Virus record (IMG/VR): IMGVR_UViG_3300043411_000921
Coordinates: 177,400-241,399 of that record
Length of the DNA: 64,000 bases
Direction: 5' to 3' (one strand)
In this document: piece by piece, positions 15,987-26,678 of the stretch
How positions within the stretch are numbered: the first letter of the stretch is position 1
Layout of the letters: each line of letters begins with the position of its first letter
Program-made: the position numbers and the translations under genes
Notes under the pieces: generated by a model
Seen by the model: only the letters and a program-made list of their open reading frames with translations
Told to the model about the DNA's origin: nothing
Databases searched by the model: none

Positions 15987-18900
15987 TTAGCCGCCCACGA
16001 AGTTGTCGCGGTTGGTAACAACGAAGTCGATAGCAAAGAACTCAAGACTTGTTGTAGGAATCAAGAAGATCTTGCCCTTCATTGTCTTGTTGTCGAGGTC
16101 AGCCTGGGTTGTGGTTGTTGTGTCGATAGCAACCTTGTATCTCTCGACACCACCAGCAGCTTGATATCTCGCCAGGATTGGTTGAACAGCAGCGTTGAAA
16201 GCAGCCAAGGTTGACTCTCTCGCTGGTTCAAACAAGAATCTTGTTGCGACTTGACGAACTTCCCTTCTAATCGTAATCAACAAACGACGAACGTTGACTC
16301 GGTTGAGCAAACTGTCCTTGTTGAGCAAAGTCTTTTGTCCCCAAACCACTGGGCCGACTCCTTGCTTGGACAAGAGAAGGTTCAGCCTTGCCACATAAAG
16401 GGCATCTGCGTTGGCTTGATTGAGTGCAACAGCAAAGTCTGTGACGTTGCTGAGAGTGCCCCTTGTAAAGCCAGCAGGAGCGTTAAATGGCTGTCCAACC
16501 GTATCGTTCTTGGCATAAACACCAAGCACTGCAACAGAAGGTGGAACCTTTTCAACAACTGTTCCATTGGGCAGAGCGATGTTTGTGTCTGGGAAGTAAG
16601 CTGCTGCAAAGGAGCTATTCACACCTCTGGAGACAAATGCTTGCGCGGTTTGAGACACATTCACAGATTCATAGCTTCCAGTGATAGAAATTCCGTTCAC
16701 ATCATATTGTTCTGGATCCATGATGTAGAAGCAGTCAAATCTATCTTGTTCCATTGCATTGACAACCGTGTCTGTGACGTAGCGAACACGGATACCAGGA
16801 ACAGTCAGAAGCTGGATGCTGACTTCGTTCACGTCAGAAACAATGTCGGTTGCTTTCAGGTAGCTTTGAACCGTTGGACCGTTTACCAGACCACGATCAG
16901 TCCTTGCAATTTCTTGAGCAACAGCGGCATTCTTGAGATAACGTGTGTCTTGGTTGAAGATCCTCACACCATCGAATCCTCTTTCAAGGTAGAAGGAGAA
17001 CTTGGCAAGAGATTGAACTGCGGCATTTTGGTTCAAGTCACTGACACGCAACGCCCTTGTTTTTGTTGTCTCGTCTGCTGAGATGTTTCCACCGCGAACA
17101 TAACTCCAGGACAAAAGAGAGGTGATAGAGGTGTCTGGACGATCTCCGCTTCCTGTAACAACCTTCACCTTCTCCAGAGAGAAAAGGTTCTTGTTGAAAA
17201 CGTCACAATCCAGAATGCCATTATCCACGGTTGAAGCTTCTCCTGTGTTGGCATAAACCGCAGGTTGCATGTTGGTTGCATCGCTGAAGCTTGGGAAGTA
17301 TTTGCTGTAACCAACGAGGCCAGAGTTAAACTGAGTGCTTCCGTTCGGATCAGTGAGACTTGTCACATTTTGAAACTGAACACCCCAGAAAAGAAATGTG
17401 TCAACACCAGAACTTGCATTGGACTTTTTCAAGTTCAACCGCATTGGAATTGGTGGTTGGGAGGCACTAAAAAGTGGAACCAAACCGATAGAAGATGTTG
17501 CGAAGTATGGATAACCAGGATCCAACAAATCTCCGTGGCCAAGGTTGTAAAGGCTGCTGCTTCCTTGTGTGACAAGGTGTTGTGGACCTCTAAAACCAAA
17601 TGGGATGGAAGAAGGATCCGCTTCACCTGAATCGACTGCATCAGACACTTCAACGCGAACGAACCTGGAGTTGACTGGATAATCCCCAGTTGTCACAACC
17701 TTCTGGGAATCGAGGTCTGTGTCGAAGTTAAAGAATGTGTGTTGCGTACCAATGATCTTGGCGATGTACCTTGGGTTGGTTGGATCCAATGAGAGATTTG
17801 TGTATGTCTCCAGAGCGCCTTCAGAATCCAAAGAGTTCATTCTCTTCACGAGAACGGTAAAGGTTCCGTAAGGCTGTGTAGAGTTTCCAGGTTGAATGTT
17901 GGTGATAGAGATTTTCACATCACCGTTTCCAGCTTCACCATCAGAAAGGTGATGAAACCTGAAAAGGTTAATTGGGTTTCCACCGAATCCTTGGGAAATA
18001 ACCCAAGGGGACAGAGCGGTGCTATAACGGTCAGCAAAGCCCTCAAAATTTGGAGTGATGGTAGACCCTACATTGGATGTATGCGTGGCGTTAGAACCCG
18101 ATCCTGGAACCAGGAATGCCACGTTTTCAACCGTTCCATAAGCCGAACCGGACTCGGGATGAATAATCCCAGAACCCGTTGGAACAGCCAAAGCAGAAAA
18201 TACATCAAAGTGAGCATAGAGCAAGTGCCCTGCCTGATCTGTTTTCAGAGGATCTGTGTTCAGAACACTGGGGAAGTAGTTGATGGCTTGTGGGTCAAAG
18301 CTGGCTGTGATGACGTTTGGATAGCGTGTGTCTGTCCCCTTGTGTCCATTCAGCAGCAAAACAAAGTTCTGTTGTCCGTTTGCAAGTTGGATCGAACCGG
18401 AGAAACCTCCATTGAAAGTTGACTCGGTTGCAACCAAACCGGATCCGGGTGCTGGGGAAGGTTGAGCAGCAGAGGACAAACGAAGAACAACGCCGGATGG
18501 GGCAAAAAGGACGCCACGAACAATTGGGGCTGCATTTGTTGAATTTTGCAGACCTGCATCAGAGAGAAATGTACTTCCAGCAGACTCGGACATAAAGGCA
18601 CCGAGCATGTAAACGCTTCCAGTGACTCCACCATAGTTCGCATAGATGTTGGCACCGATTGCTCCATCTGAACCACTGATTTGTTCAGCACCAACAACAA
18701 ACCCAGCTCTTGCCACGGTTCCATCGGCAGCACGGGCAGTACCATCTCCAGCACCGAGCACCCTGACCTGGATCATTGGAACAGAAGTATTTCCAAACCA
18801 TTCTCTCGCAGAGAGATACCCAAGAGGAGTGTTTGCGTTCATCCCACCGAAAACAGAAACATAATCGGAAAGGGTTGTTGTCAGAACGGGAACGAAGGCT

Positions 18901-19013
18901 GGTCCTTTTGTGGTTGGGGAAATTACGCAAGCAGGCACGCCGCTTGGTGTTCGGGTTGTTGGTTGACTAATGTCGAATTCTCTAGCTGAAACACCTGGGC
19001 TCAAAAGTGCCAT
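15987..19013 (-). CDS. tail sheath protein 2 (gp18-like)
   Basis: LSPGVSAREFD, KGPAFVP, APAGFTRG, WGQKTL, RVNVRRL, FLFEP. Confidence 0.92.
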   Translation of the reverse strand: MALLSPGVSAREFDISQPTTRTPSGVPACVISPTTKGPAFVPVLTTTLSDYVSVFGGMNANTPLGYLSAREWFGNTSVPMIQVRVLGAGDGTARAADGTVARAGFVVGAEQISGSDGAIGANIYANYGGVTGSVYMLGAFMSESAGSTFLSDAGLQNSTNAAPIVRGVLFAPSGVVLRLSSAAQPSPAPGSGLVATESTFNGGFSGSIQLANGQQNFVLLLNGHKGTDTRYPNVITASFDPQAINYFPSVLNTDPLKTDQAGHLLYAHFDVFSALAVPTGSGIIHPESGSAYGTVENVAFLVPGSGSNATHTSNVGSTITPNFEGFADRYSTALSPWVISQGFGGNPINLFRFHHLSDGEAGNGDVKISITNIQPGNSTQPYGTFTVLVKRMNSLDSEGALETYTNLSLDPTNPRYIAKIIGTQHTFFNFDTDLDSQKVVTTGDYPVNSRFVRVEVSDAVDSGEADPSSIPFGFRGPQHLVTQGSSSLYNLGHGDLLDPGYPYFATSSIGLVPLFSASQPPIPMRLNLKKSNASSGVDTFLFWGVQFQNVTSLTDPNGSTQFNSGLVGYSKYFPSFSDATNMQPAVYANTGEASTVDNGILDCDVFNKNLFSLEKVKVVTGSGDRPDTSITSLLSWSYVRGGNISADETTKTRALRVSDLNQNAAVQSLAKFSFYLERGFDGVRIFNQDTRYLKNAAVAQEIARTDRGLVNGPTVQSYLKATDIVSDVNEVSIQLLTVPGIRVRYVTDTVVNAMEQDRFDCFYIMDPEQYDVNGISITGSYESVNVSQTAQAFVSRGVNSSFAAAYFPDTNIALPNGTVVEKVPPSVAVLGVYAKNDTVGQPFNAPAGFTRGTLSNVTDFAVALNQANADALYVARLNLLLSKQGVGPVVWGQKTLLNKDSLLNRVNVRRLLITIRREVRQVATRFLFEPARESTLAAFNAAVQPILARYQAAGGVERYKVAIDTTTTTQADLDNKTMKGKIFLIPTTSLEFFAIDFVVTNRDNFVGG

Positions 19014-19051
19014 GTTGTTTATCTCCGTTTCGGTTGCTGATTAAATAGAAC

Positions 19052-19081
19052 AACCCAGGAAAACGACTGCTTTCCTGGGTT
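19052..19081 (-). terminator. hairpin between the sheath genes
   Basis: AACCCAGGAAA-N8-TTTCCTGGGTT; late motif TATTTA at 19042-19047 just downstream on the minus strand. Confidence 0.55.
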
Positions 19082-19120
19082 GCTGAGATGGTTTTGAACT
19101 ATGGTTCTAGTGTGTTTGGA

Positions 19121-22100
19121 CTATCCCAGAGTCACTCCCGAAGGAAGAAGCACAAAGTCCATTGTGATGTATTCTACTGCTCTCGTTGGAAGAACCCTGA
19201 TTTGAGCATTCATTCTGTTGCTGTTCACGTCGTCTGCGGTGTTGTTTCTTCCATCACAGATAACAGCGAATTGCTCGATGCCCTGTTGGAGTTGGATGGC
19301 AGAGAGAACCAAGCTGGCTTCGCTGACGAAACGTTGGCGAAGGGCTGGAGTGTTTTGTTCAAACAACATCCTGTTGGCGATCTGAACCACTTGACGCTTC
19401 AACTCAAGAATCATTCTCTTGACGTTGATGCTCTCCAGAGCACTCGTTGCTTGTTGCAGAGTGTTCTGAGAGAAGAAGACGTAGTTTGCGCCAGGGAATT
19501 TGACGATTGGGTTGATATTAGCATCAAACAGGGTGTTTCTATCTCCTTGATTGACTCTGACCGAAGTCAAGACAACGAAGGAAAGGGAGCCACGATCAAA
19601 TCCTGCTGGGGCGAACCAGGGGAATTTCACTCTGTCGTTGTAGCTCAAAGCGGCAACCGCAGCGATGCTTGCTGGGACTGTGACTCTGCGACGGTTCACT
19701 GAGTCATCCATCACAATGTTGGGGAAGTAAGCACCAGCGGCATTGTTGTCCAAAGCCCTTGTGATAAAGGCGTTTGCTGTGTTCTTGATAGAAGCGTGTC
19801 TTGTTGTTTCGCCATCAAAGATACGCAGGCTGTTTTGGTCGTATGGTTGAATATCCATTGGGTAGAAGGAAAGGCCATAAGCCAAGTTCTTTTCAAGGGC
19901 ATAGTTCGTGACCAACGGATCTCTTTGTCCTGGGATTGCCAAGATGTTGTTGTTGGCGATGTTCGGGTTGGTTGCAATGTCGATTGCGGTTCTGTATGCA
20001 ACCACACAACTGTTCGCTGTCGAAACCCCAGTATAGTTTCTTCCAGACACAACGGGGACCGTGCTAAAAAGTGCTCCTGGGCTAATGTAGTTGCTGTTGG
20101 CCACCCCATAGGTTCCCGCCAAGCCAACCTCTGTTGAGGTGGACCTGTCGGTAAATCTGGTTGCTTGTTTGTCGAAGATGTTGACACCATCCCAGCCACC
20201 TTGCATAAAGGTTGTGAACTTGGTGTATGGAGAGTAGTTGTTGAACACAACAGCACTCCCACTGTTCAGCAGAGAGGCAAAGGTCAAGCGGTCGCTGAAG
20301 TTCGTTGCTGCGTAGGTGTTTGAATCAATTGCTGCGTTGCGGAGATAAGCAGCCTCTCTCAGTAGCGTTGCGGGAGATCCAGTCGTCACATCGGTCATGC
20401 TTGTTACATTCAATGCAACCTTCGCAAGAGAGAATTTGTTGTTGTTCAACAGATCGGATTGAGAACCCGTTGTCAAAACTCCCTGTTTTTCAATTCCAGC
20501 AAACTTTGTATAGGAAGCGATCACTGGGTTGATTTCTGTGTTCGTGTTAACGTTCAAAACGTCGTTATTATTTCTTTCGAATTTGACACCCCAAAACAAT
20601 CTTCCATCAAACACGGTTTGAGATGATGGAGCACCGAACTCGGTACCTGAAGCTGTTAGTTGGTTTCTGGTCATCGTGAATCTAAAAGGGACAGGGGGAA
20701 CGATAGAACCAGAAAGCAATGCCCCTCCAGGAACCAAACTGGAGGAAACACCGGAAATCATTGAACGACTGCGAGAGACATTGTTGATTGCATCGGTGAG
20801 AGAAACGTTTGTCAGAGGCATTTGATGCCCGCGGAAACCAAATGGAAGAGCTTTTGCAGGAACTTCTCCAGCATCCAGTTGTGAGCTTGGGATGACACGA
20901 ATAAGGCGGCTACGATTCCCATACTTTCCTTCAACAACCAACCCCCTGTCGTCAGAATCAACCGCATCAAAGTTGAACTTGGTGCGTTTGTCTCCAATCA
21001 CCTTGATAATGTAATTGTCGCTGTTTGGATCCAAACTGAGGTTGCTGAACTGTTCAAGAATCTGTGGATCTGTGTCGGAATCATTGAAAGCACGAACCAT
21101 CAAAGAGAAGGTTCCATAGTTTGTTGATGGGTTTGTTGAAGCCAGCAAGTTTGCAATGCTGATCTTGTATTTGTCATTGGCATAAGCACCATCATCCCTA
21201 CTCTCAACCTGAAACAAATCATATTCAACATTGCCGAATGGTTGAGAAATGAAGAATGGAGTTTTCGGTGCTGTGTACCTTGTGTTAAACAGGCCAAAGG
21301 CTTCGCCAAAAGTGGTTCCAAATTGATTTGTGTATTGAGAGCCTGAGAGGAGAGCAACCGTTGCAGTTGAGTTGCTTGCTGACAAAGCAGCGACTTCGTT
21401 ATCAACGGCATAGTCCAAATACAGCAAGTGTTTCTTGGAATCGAAGTCGAGAGGGTTTGTGTTCAGGATCTTTCCAACATACTTCTCGCTGTTTGGATCA
21501 AGAGAAGCTGAGTAAATTCTCAACCCAGCAAAGCCATCATCAGAACCAAACGTGTTTCCAGCAGAGGAAGAAAGAACAAGCTTAAACAGCCCATTCATCA
21601 AGCCTTCTGTTCCGACTTGAGCAGCTTCCCCAGTGCCAAGACCGCTTGCGTAGGCAGAAGGATTGTAAACACCATTGGAATCAGAAGCACCACTCAAAAC
21701 CATAAACCTGGAATCAGGAGTTGTGAAAAGTGTTGCTCTGACAAGGTTTACTGTTTCACTAATTCCGGGAGTCAACCCCAAAACAGAATAACTGTCGTTG
21801 TTTGTGAACATCGGGAAACCAAAAGACTCGTTGGTTTGAACGTGGTGATTGGCAACAAGAAATTGAACACGACCTTGCAAAGCGCCAGATACAAATGTTG
21901 CCCCAGCACCAACCACTTTTGTTCCGGCGTTGACAACCGTTCCCTGTGTTTCAGTCAATGAAATGTCAACAGAACTACTATTTGCTCCGCAGCCCAAAAC
22001 GCGAACATAGTTTGCCGATGCAACTTCAGATCCTTTTCCTTCGAAGAACTTTTGAACGGCAAAGGTTGCTGGGTATTTTGCATCAACGGTACCGAACTTG

Positions 22101-22264
22101 TTTTCAAAGTCCAAGTAACTGCCGACGCTAATGGGGACGAATGCTGGGCCTTTTTCGGCAGGGCCAATAATTGTGGCTGGGGTGCCTCCAACGGGGGTTG
22201 TCCTCTCTGTAAGGTCGAACTCCCGGTCGAAGTAGTTTGGAGCCTTGAATACTGTTTCTGGCAT
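19121..22264 (-). CDS. tail sheath protein 1 (gp18-like)
   Basis: KGPAFVP, PWFAPAGFDRG, NINPIV, INVKRM, LFEQN. Confidence 0.92.
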   Translation of the reverse strand: MPETVFKAPNYFDREFDLTERTTPVGGTPATIIGPAEKGPAFVPISVGSYLDFENKFGTVDAKYPATFAVQKFFEGKGSEVASANYVRVLGCGANSSSVDISLTETQGTVVNAGTKVVGAGATFVSGALQGRVQFLVANHHVQTNESFGFPMFTNNDSYSVLGLTPGISETVNLVRATLFTTPDSRFMVLSGASDSNGVYNPSAYASGLGTGEAAQVGTEGLMNGLFKLVLSSSAGNTFGSDDGFAGLRIYSASLDPNSEKYVGKILNTNPLDFDSKKHLLYLDYAVDNEVAALSASNSTATVALLSGSQYTNQFGTTFGEAFGLFNTRYTAPKTPFFISQPFGNVEYDLFQVESRDDGAYANDKYKISIANLLASTNPSTNYGTFSLMVRAFNDSDTDPQILEQFSNLSLDPNSDNYIIKVIGDKRTKFNFDAVDSDDRGLVVEGKYGNRSRLIRVIPSSQLDAGEVPAKALPFGFRGHQMPLTNVSLTDAINNVSRSRSMISGVSSSLVPGGALLSGSIVPPVPFRFTMTRNQLTASGTEFGAPSSQTVFDGRLFWGVKFERNNNDVLNVNTNTEINPVIASYTKFAGIEKQGVLTTGSQSDLLNNNKFSLAKVALNVTSMTDVTTGSPATLLREAAYLRNAAIDSNTYAATNFSDRLTFASLLNSGSAVVFNNYSPYTKFTTFMQGGWDGVNIFDKQATRFTDRSTSTEVGLAGTYGVANSNYISPGALFSTVPVVSGRNYTGVSTANSCVVAYRTAIDIATNPNIANNNILAIPGQRDPLVTNYALEKNLAYGLSFYPMDIQPYDQNSLRIFDGETTRHASIKNTANAFITRALDNNAAGAYFPNIVMDDSVNRRRVTVPASIAAVAALSYNDRVKFPWFAPAGFDRGSLSFVVLTSVRVNQGDRNTLFDANINPIVKFPGANYVFFSQNTLQQATSALESINVKRMILELKRQVVQIANRMLFEQNTPALRQRFVSEASLVLSAIQLQQGIEQFAVICDGRNNTADDVNSNRMNAQIRVLPTRAVEYITMDFVLLPSGVTLG

Positions 22265-22335
22265 GATTTCCTCGCTTTTTGTTGTACGAAAACGTAAAAC
22301 CTAACTAGCGGAAGGAAATCGGAATACTGACCTGC

Positions 22336-23535
22336 TTAACCCTTGCTGTCTGCGAAGAAACGCAAAAGGGTTTCTTGATCACTCACGGTGTAAATAGTCT
22401 CACCCTGTTTTTGATCAATGTCGGTTTGTTTCACATACTTCGTCAAAGTGGCCCCAGTAACAGGATCCCTGAATTCCCGTTGAAAAACAACCTTCTGTTT
22501 ATCTGTTGGTTTTTGAGCGGTTGCTGGATCTGTTTCAATGTCTGTCAGCACAAAAGGATTCGTTGTTGTTGGATCCAGCTTGGTGCTGTTGTACTGTTCT
22601 TGATTTCTTGTCTCGAACACAGAACCTTGTGCCATATCCACTTCAAACGAAATGTTTACGTTTGACAAATACCTTTTGAATGGAACCTTTTGTCCAGGCG
22701 CAGATGAACCCAACAGATAACCCCGAACAGTCAAGTTGAAACTGTATTTGATCAAACGTTCCGCGTCCGTAATATCATCAGAGTTGTCTTGGGCTTGCAG
22801 CCCCGATTCCATGATAGCTGTAAACCAATAACCCTTGTCAGTTGTCAACTTGAAACCTTTTCCTGGGGCATTCTGAGCCCCGAGAAGAGTTTCCACCATG
22901 TAATTCATGTGTGCCGTGTACGAAGACCAAAAAACAATCTCATAAGTCGCTGTAAAAAACTGAGGAAATGGGATTGCGATGATCTCATAAATGTGGTTGG
23001 CCCTCTGAGGATCAAGGAGCATTCCAGCACGCACGCTAGGGCGTCTAGCAGCCCCATTAGCGCCTTCCCTTAATGTTGATGGGGGTGAGGGTGTTCCAGG
23101 TATTCCAAGGGCGCTGATAAGGCTCTGGTAGTCTTTATCGGATTCATCAAATCTTCTTTTGATCGTCAACTCTCCTGGAAACACATCCCCATGTTGCTGC
23201 TCAAGTCCAGTCCTTCTAATGGCAATAGCTGGAAGCAACAAGGCGCCTGTCTTCGTGTCTCTGAAAGGCTTGAGTCTTTTTGCAAGAGCAAACCTTTCAC
23301 CTGTTGCAAAGACAACGAAGGGCTTTTTGATGTTGATTTGTTTTTGTTGACCTGTGACTCCCTGGAACTCTCTGAAGGGGATTTGTTTATCAAACAGGGA
23401 ATGGACCGAGATGTCAACATCTTCCAGACCACAGGAAGGGATGTAGAAGGTTGATGGATCATTTCCTTTCAGATCATAACCCGTTGGAAGTTGTTCGACT
23501 CCTTCAAGTTCTGGGATGTTGTATCTTGTTGTCAT
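22336..23535 (-). CDS. tail terminator/sheath stabiliser-like protein (gp15-like)
   Basis: LPAIAIRRTG, P...TYEI.FW..Y..HMN, RLIKYSFNLTVRGYL; position between neck and sheath. Confidence 0.65.
   Translation of the reverse strand: MTTRYNIPELEGVEQLPTGYDLKGNDPSTFYIPSCGLEDVDISVHSLFDKQIPFREFQGVTGQQKQINIKKPFVVFATGERFALAKRLKPFRDTKTGALLLPAIAIRRTGLEQQHGDVFPGELTIKRRFDESDKDYQSLISALGIPGTPSPPSTLREGANGAARRPSVRAGMLLDPQRANHIYEIIAIPFPQFFTATYEIVFWSSYTAHMNYMVETLLGAQNAPGKGFKLTTDKGYWFTAIMESGLQAQDNSDDITDAERLIKYSFNLTVRGYLLGSSAPGQKVPFKRYLSNVNISFEVDMAQGSVFETRNQEQYNSTKLDPTTTNPFVLTDIETDPATAQKPTDKQKVVFQREFRDPVTGATLTKYVKQTDIDQKQGETIYTVSDQETLLRFFADSKG
23035..23140 (+). repeat. family A element, copy 5
   Basis: TAGCAGCCCCATTAGCGCCTTCC at 23046; GGGCGCTGATAAGGC-TCTGG at 23124 (offset 78). 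Confidence 0.65.
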
Positions 23536-23547
23536 GGTCTACCAACC

Positions 23548-24264
23548 TTATTCATCATAGATTCCGAGCTTTGGGGGAAGAGGGTCATTGTTGAAAGAAG
23601 CAGTTTCATCTCCGTTGACATTGTTGCTATCTGGAGATGGTTCAACTTTCTTGGCACCTGTTCCAAGGGCGATTGGAGCCATTTGGTTGTCCAAGCGTTC
23701 TCTCATGTCACGTTTGTCTCCAGTTGACTCACCTGTGCTTGTGACTGGCAAACCACGTTGTTGTTCGAAGGTGAGTTGTGTTCCTGCTGGAGCAGTTCTT
23801 GGAATGTTGATGTTTGGAACAGTGAATTGAGAAGCACGAACATTTCGTGCTGTCACTTTCCACGCAACATTGTGTTCGGCAAGACCAAAGACGTTCTTGT
23901 CTGCATTCACCAGTGTGAGAATCTCGTACAAGGTGTCGTCATAAGAGAACATATCTCCTTCACTTAGCGTAACACCTTTGTCTTGAAGATCTTTATACTG
24001 GAACAAAACATCTACCCTCGCTTCAATGTCAGGACCAAATGATGTTGTTTTACTGGAGAACTCCGGCATTCCTACAAGCGCGGGAATTTTGATTGGGTTC
24101 TCAAAGATCTTTTCAACAGCTTCGTTGTAAACATCATGCACAAGGCTTTTGACGTAGGAGATTGGGTAATAGTGAACAACCTGACCAACCACATCCTTGA
24201 TGAACTCCTTGGTTAGATCGTTCACAAAGTCAATTTCCTTCTGACCGATGAAAAGCCTTGCCAT
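23548..24264 (-). CDS. neck/head-closure protein (gp14-like)
   Basis: GQVVHYY, DVYNE..K.F, FG.D, EGD; synteny. Confidence 0.7.
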   Translation of the reverse strand: MARLFIGQKEIDFVNDLTKEFIKDVVGQVVHYYPISYVKSLVHDVYNEAVEKIFENPIKIPALVGMPEFSSKTTSFGPDIEARVDVLFQYKDLQDKGVTLSEGDMFSYDDTLYEILTLVNADKNVFGLAEHNVAWKVTARNVRASQFTVPNINIPRTAPAGTQLTFEQQRGLPVTSTGESTGDKRDMRERLDNQMAPIALGTGAKKVEPSPDSNNVNGDETASFNNDPLPPKLGIYDE

Positions 24265-24268
24265 GTTA

Positions 24269-24637
24269 TCAGTTCATTCTTCTTGTTCTTGCCGCTGGAA
24301 TAAATGGTGAGGAGGAAGCTTCTTTGTTTCCCTTCTCAAGGTTTGAAAAGAATTGATCAGTCTTTTCTTCTCCCTCTTTCCTCTCTTGGGCGAATACACC
24401 AGCAACTTTTTCAGCGGTTGTTGGTTCAACTCCCAGCTTGGCAATATCTTGTGGGGAAGGAGATTTCATTGCTGAAAGCAGGGCTGCTTTGATCTTCTCT
24501 CTCACATCTGGAGAGAGTTCGGGTGCGGCTTTCAAAGCTCTGTTGGCAGCAACCATTGTGTTGAACTTGAACAACTCAACAGGGTTGATTGCTCCCCTCA
24601 GTGCTTCTTTGATGATTTGTTTCAAAATTTTCTTCAT
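24269..24637 (-). CDS. hypothetical, putative internal head protein
   Basis: Leader MKKILKQIIKEAL. Confidence 0.65.
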   Translation of the reverse strand: MKKILKQIIKEALRGAINPVELFKFNTMVAANRALKAAPELSPDVREKIKAALLSAMKSPSPQDIAKLGVEPTTAEKVAGVFAQERKEGEEKTDQFFSNLEKGNKEASSSPFIPAARTRRMN

Positions 24638-24646
24638 TGTCTTCCC

Positions 24647-25906
24647 TTAGTAAATGCCAATCGCATACTTCGGAGGAACAGGAACATAAGAGAGTTGCTT
24701 CACCATCTGCTCTGCTTTGTTTGCATCTCTCTCAGCAACCTTGTCAAAAGTTAGGTTGTCCAGCGTCTCTTTCAAAGAAGTGAGAAGCTTGTCTGCATCT
24801 TCTCTTCCTTGAGAAATGAGGTCTTCACCATTCAAGGAAAGATCAGCACCTGGAATTGGGAGAGATTTGAATTTGGAACGAATCCTTCCAAGTTGAATGG
24901 TTGAAAGAGCCAATGTCATTTGAGCAATCCAGTTCCTGCTCCAGACGTTCAAAGAATTGTAGTTCAACGGACCAAATGGTGTGTTGAAAGGACCATTCAC
25001 TCCATAAATCTTGTCATCCTGATACGATCCAGAGACACCAGAGCCAACTGTGGAATAAGAAGAGCCGCTTGCAACGAGAGTGGAAGCAAGTGTTGGAAAG
25101 GGTTGTCTGCCGAACCTAACACGCATCCAAAGCCTGTTGTTGTAGGTCGGAACCATGTTGTTAGGCGTCGGGAAAATACGAATCTTCCTGCCAGAAATCC
25201 GATAGGAATAGTGTGATCTTCTAACCTTGCTGGCAGCTTCCAACATCCCAGCCCTCAACACATCTTCAAACAACGGAAGAACATAAAATCTTGTGTCTGG
25301 GATATAACTTTCAACTGGCAAACCAGAGGCAACGAAGTTGCTTGCGAGGTTGCTATTGAAAACGTATTGGACAGGAGCGTTGTGATAAACCTCCAGCACT
25401 TCCATTGATCCAACAGAGCCAGAAGGCTGCAAAGACCAAATTGTTGCTCCGTTGGAGTCAACAAGCTCCGTGTAGAGATCGTAGTCCTGCCTCCCAGAAA
25501 CCATCGGGATATATCCAGAATAAGTCTGCTCGTCCTGAGAATATCCAATCATTCCTGCATAAGGAGAAGCAAGTGCTCTCAGAAATTCCAGGTTTGGCTG
25601 GACGTACATGTCGGTGATGTTGATGTTGTTGACATTGTTTCCGTCCAAGGAACCTGTTGGCATTCCCATGAGAGAAGACAGGTTGCTCTTGTTTTGATAT
25701 TCAACCATCAGGGCATTCAACTCTCTGGTTGCCCTTTCGAAGTTGTCCCAGATCATTGGCTTTGTCAGTTCAACACCGAGAACATCTTCTCCCAACGCTC
25801 TGAGAACAAACGTGACCATGTTGTCTGCGTCTTGCTGGAATAACGTGTACTTGTCATATAAACCAAAAGAGGTTGGTCTGAGAGTCGTGTTGAAAGTCGA
25901 TGCCAT
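24647..25906 (-). CDS. neck/head-tail adaptor (gp13-like)
   Basis: LG..VL.VELT, W...TLAL....LGRIRSKF..PIPG..LSLNG. Confidence 0.8.
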   Translation of the reverse strand: MASTFNTTLRPTSFGLYDKYTLFQQDADNMVTFVLRALGEDVLGVELTKPMIWDNFERATRELNALMVEYQNKSNLSSLMGMPTGSLDGNNVNNINITDMYVQPNLEFLRALASPYAGMIGYSQDEQTYSGYIPMVSGRQDYDLYTELVDSNGATIWSLQPSGSVGSMEVLEVYHNAPVQYVFNSNLASNFVASGLPVESYIPDTRFYVLPLFEDVLRAGMLEAASKVRRSHYSYRISGRKIRIFPTPNNMVPTYNNRLWMRVRFGRQPFPTLASTLVASGSSYSTVGSGVSGSYQDDKIYGVNGPFNTPFGPLNYNSLNVWSRNWIAQMTLALSTIQLGRIRSKFKSLPIPGADLSLNGEDLISQGREDADKLLTSLKETLDNLTFDKVAERDANKAEQMVKQLSYVPVPPKYAIGIY

Positions 25907-25927
25907 GCCTTGTAACTAGAAAACAAG

Positions 25928-25960
25928 AAAGGGATGGAGTCCAGCCGACTCCATCCCTTT
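25928..25960. terminator. bidirectional-type intrinsic terminator
   Basis: AAAGGGATGGAGTC-CAGCC-GACTCCATCCCTTT. Confidence 0.7.
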
Positions 25961-25984
25961 CAGGGGTTTTGATTGTTGTAAGAC

Positions 25985-26239
25985 TTACTTCTTCTTGGCA
26001 GGAGCAGCGGGTTTTGCTGGGGCTGGCTTGGCAGCTTTGGCAGCAGCGGAACCACGACGATAACCTTCACGGAAAGCCGTCGCAACAGCTTCTTGGAGTT
26101 GTTCCTCCATCTTGGCATCACCACATTCTTCCACTGGTTCAACTGGGGAACCTTCGGTGACTGTGTGGTTCATCTCTGCCATTGCTTCTTCGGCTGCTTC
26201 CCGAATAAGAGTCTTCAACTGTTTGACTGTAATCTTCAT
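25985..26239 (-). CDS. small putative internal head protein with Ala/Lys/Pro-rich tail
   Basis: MKITVKQLKTLIREA leader; GGAGG RBS; TAGTTA at 26276-26281. Confidence 0.75.
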   Translation of the reverse strand: MKITVKQLKTLIREAAEEAMAEMNHTVTEGSPVEPVEECGDAKMEEQLQEAVATAFREGYRRGSAAAKAAKPAPAKPAAPAKKK

Positions 26240-26326
26240 GTTTGTTTTCCTCCGTGGCTTTATCGCCGTACCGGGTAACTATCACTTCCAGGGCTATTTA
26301 CACCCACAGGTAAGGAGAAACAAAAA

Positions 26327-26623
26327 ATGAAAGCAAAAGTAAGTGGTCAGTACCAAGGCTCAGGCGGCAAACAATCCATCGAGATTGATGGTTCTGTTGA
26401 AATCATTGGTCTCTCAGAACTCTTCGTCAGAGTGAAGTCCCTTGAAGAAACAGTTGTTGATTTGACAGCCAAGCTTCAAGCTTCAACATCGGCGCTAGAG
26501 GCTCTGGTGGCCCGTGTAGTCCTCTTGGAAAAAGAAGAGGAAAGAGAGTCCAAGGAAGAAGCTTCTGCCCAAGAAAAAGCTGCTGTTGACGCCAATAGCA
26601 AGAAACCCGCTAAGAAATCCTAA
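26327..26623 (+). CDS. hypothetical coiled-coil protein
   Basis: TAAGGAG RBS; TATTTA at 26295. Confidence 0.75.
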   Translation: MKAKVSGQYQGSGGKQSIEIDGSVEIIGLSELFVRVKSLEETVVDLTAKLQASTSALEALVARVVLLEKEEERESKEEASAQEKAAVDANSKKPAKKS

Positions 26624-26678
26624 TTCATCTTCCCGAAACAATAAAGCTGGGGAAGTGATCCTTTCCTAGTTATCCCAC

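Noticed and set aside
19990-20090. Possible additional family A copy in tail sheath 1
   Set aside because: A right-arm-like TCCTGG at 20075 has no convincing left arm at the 76-78 offset.
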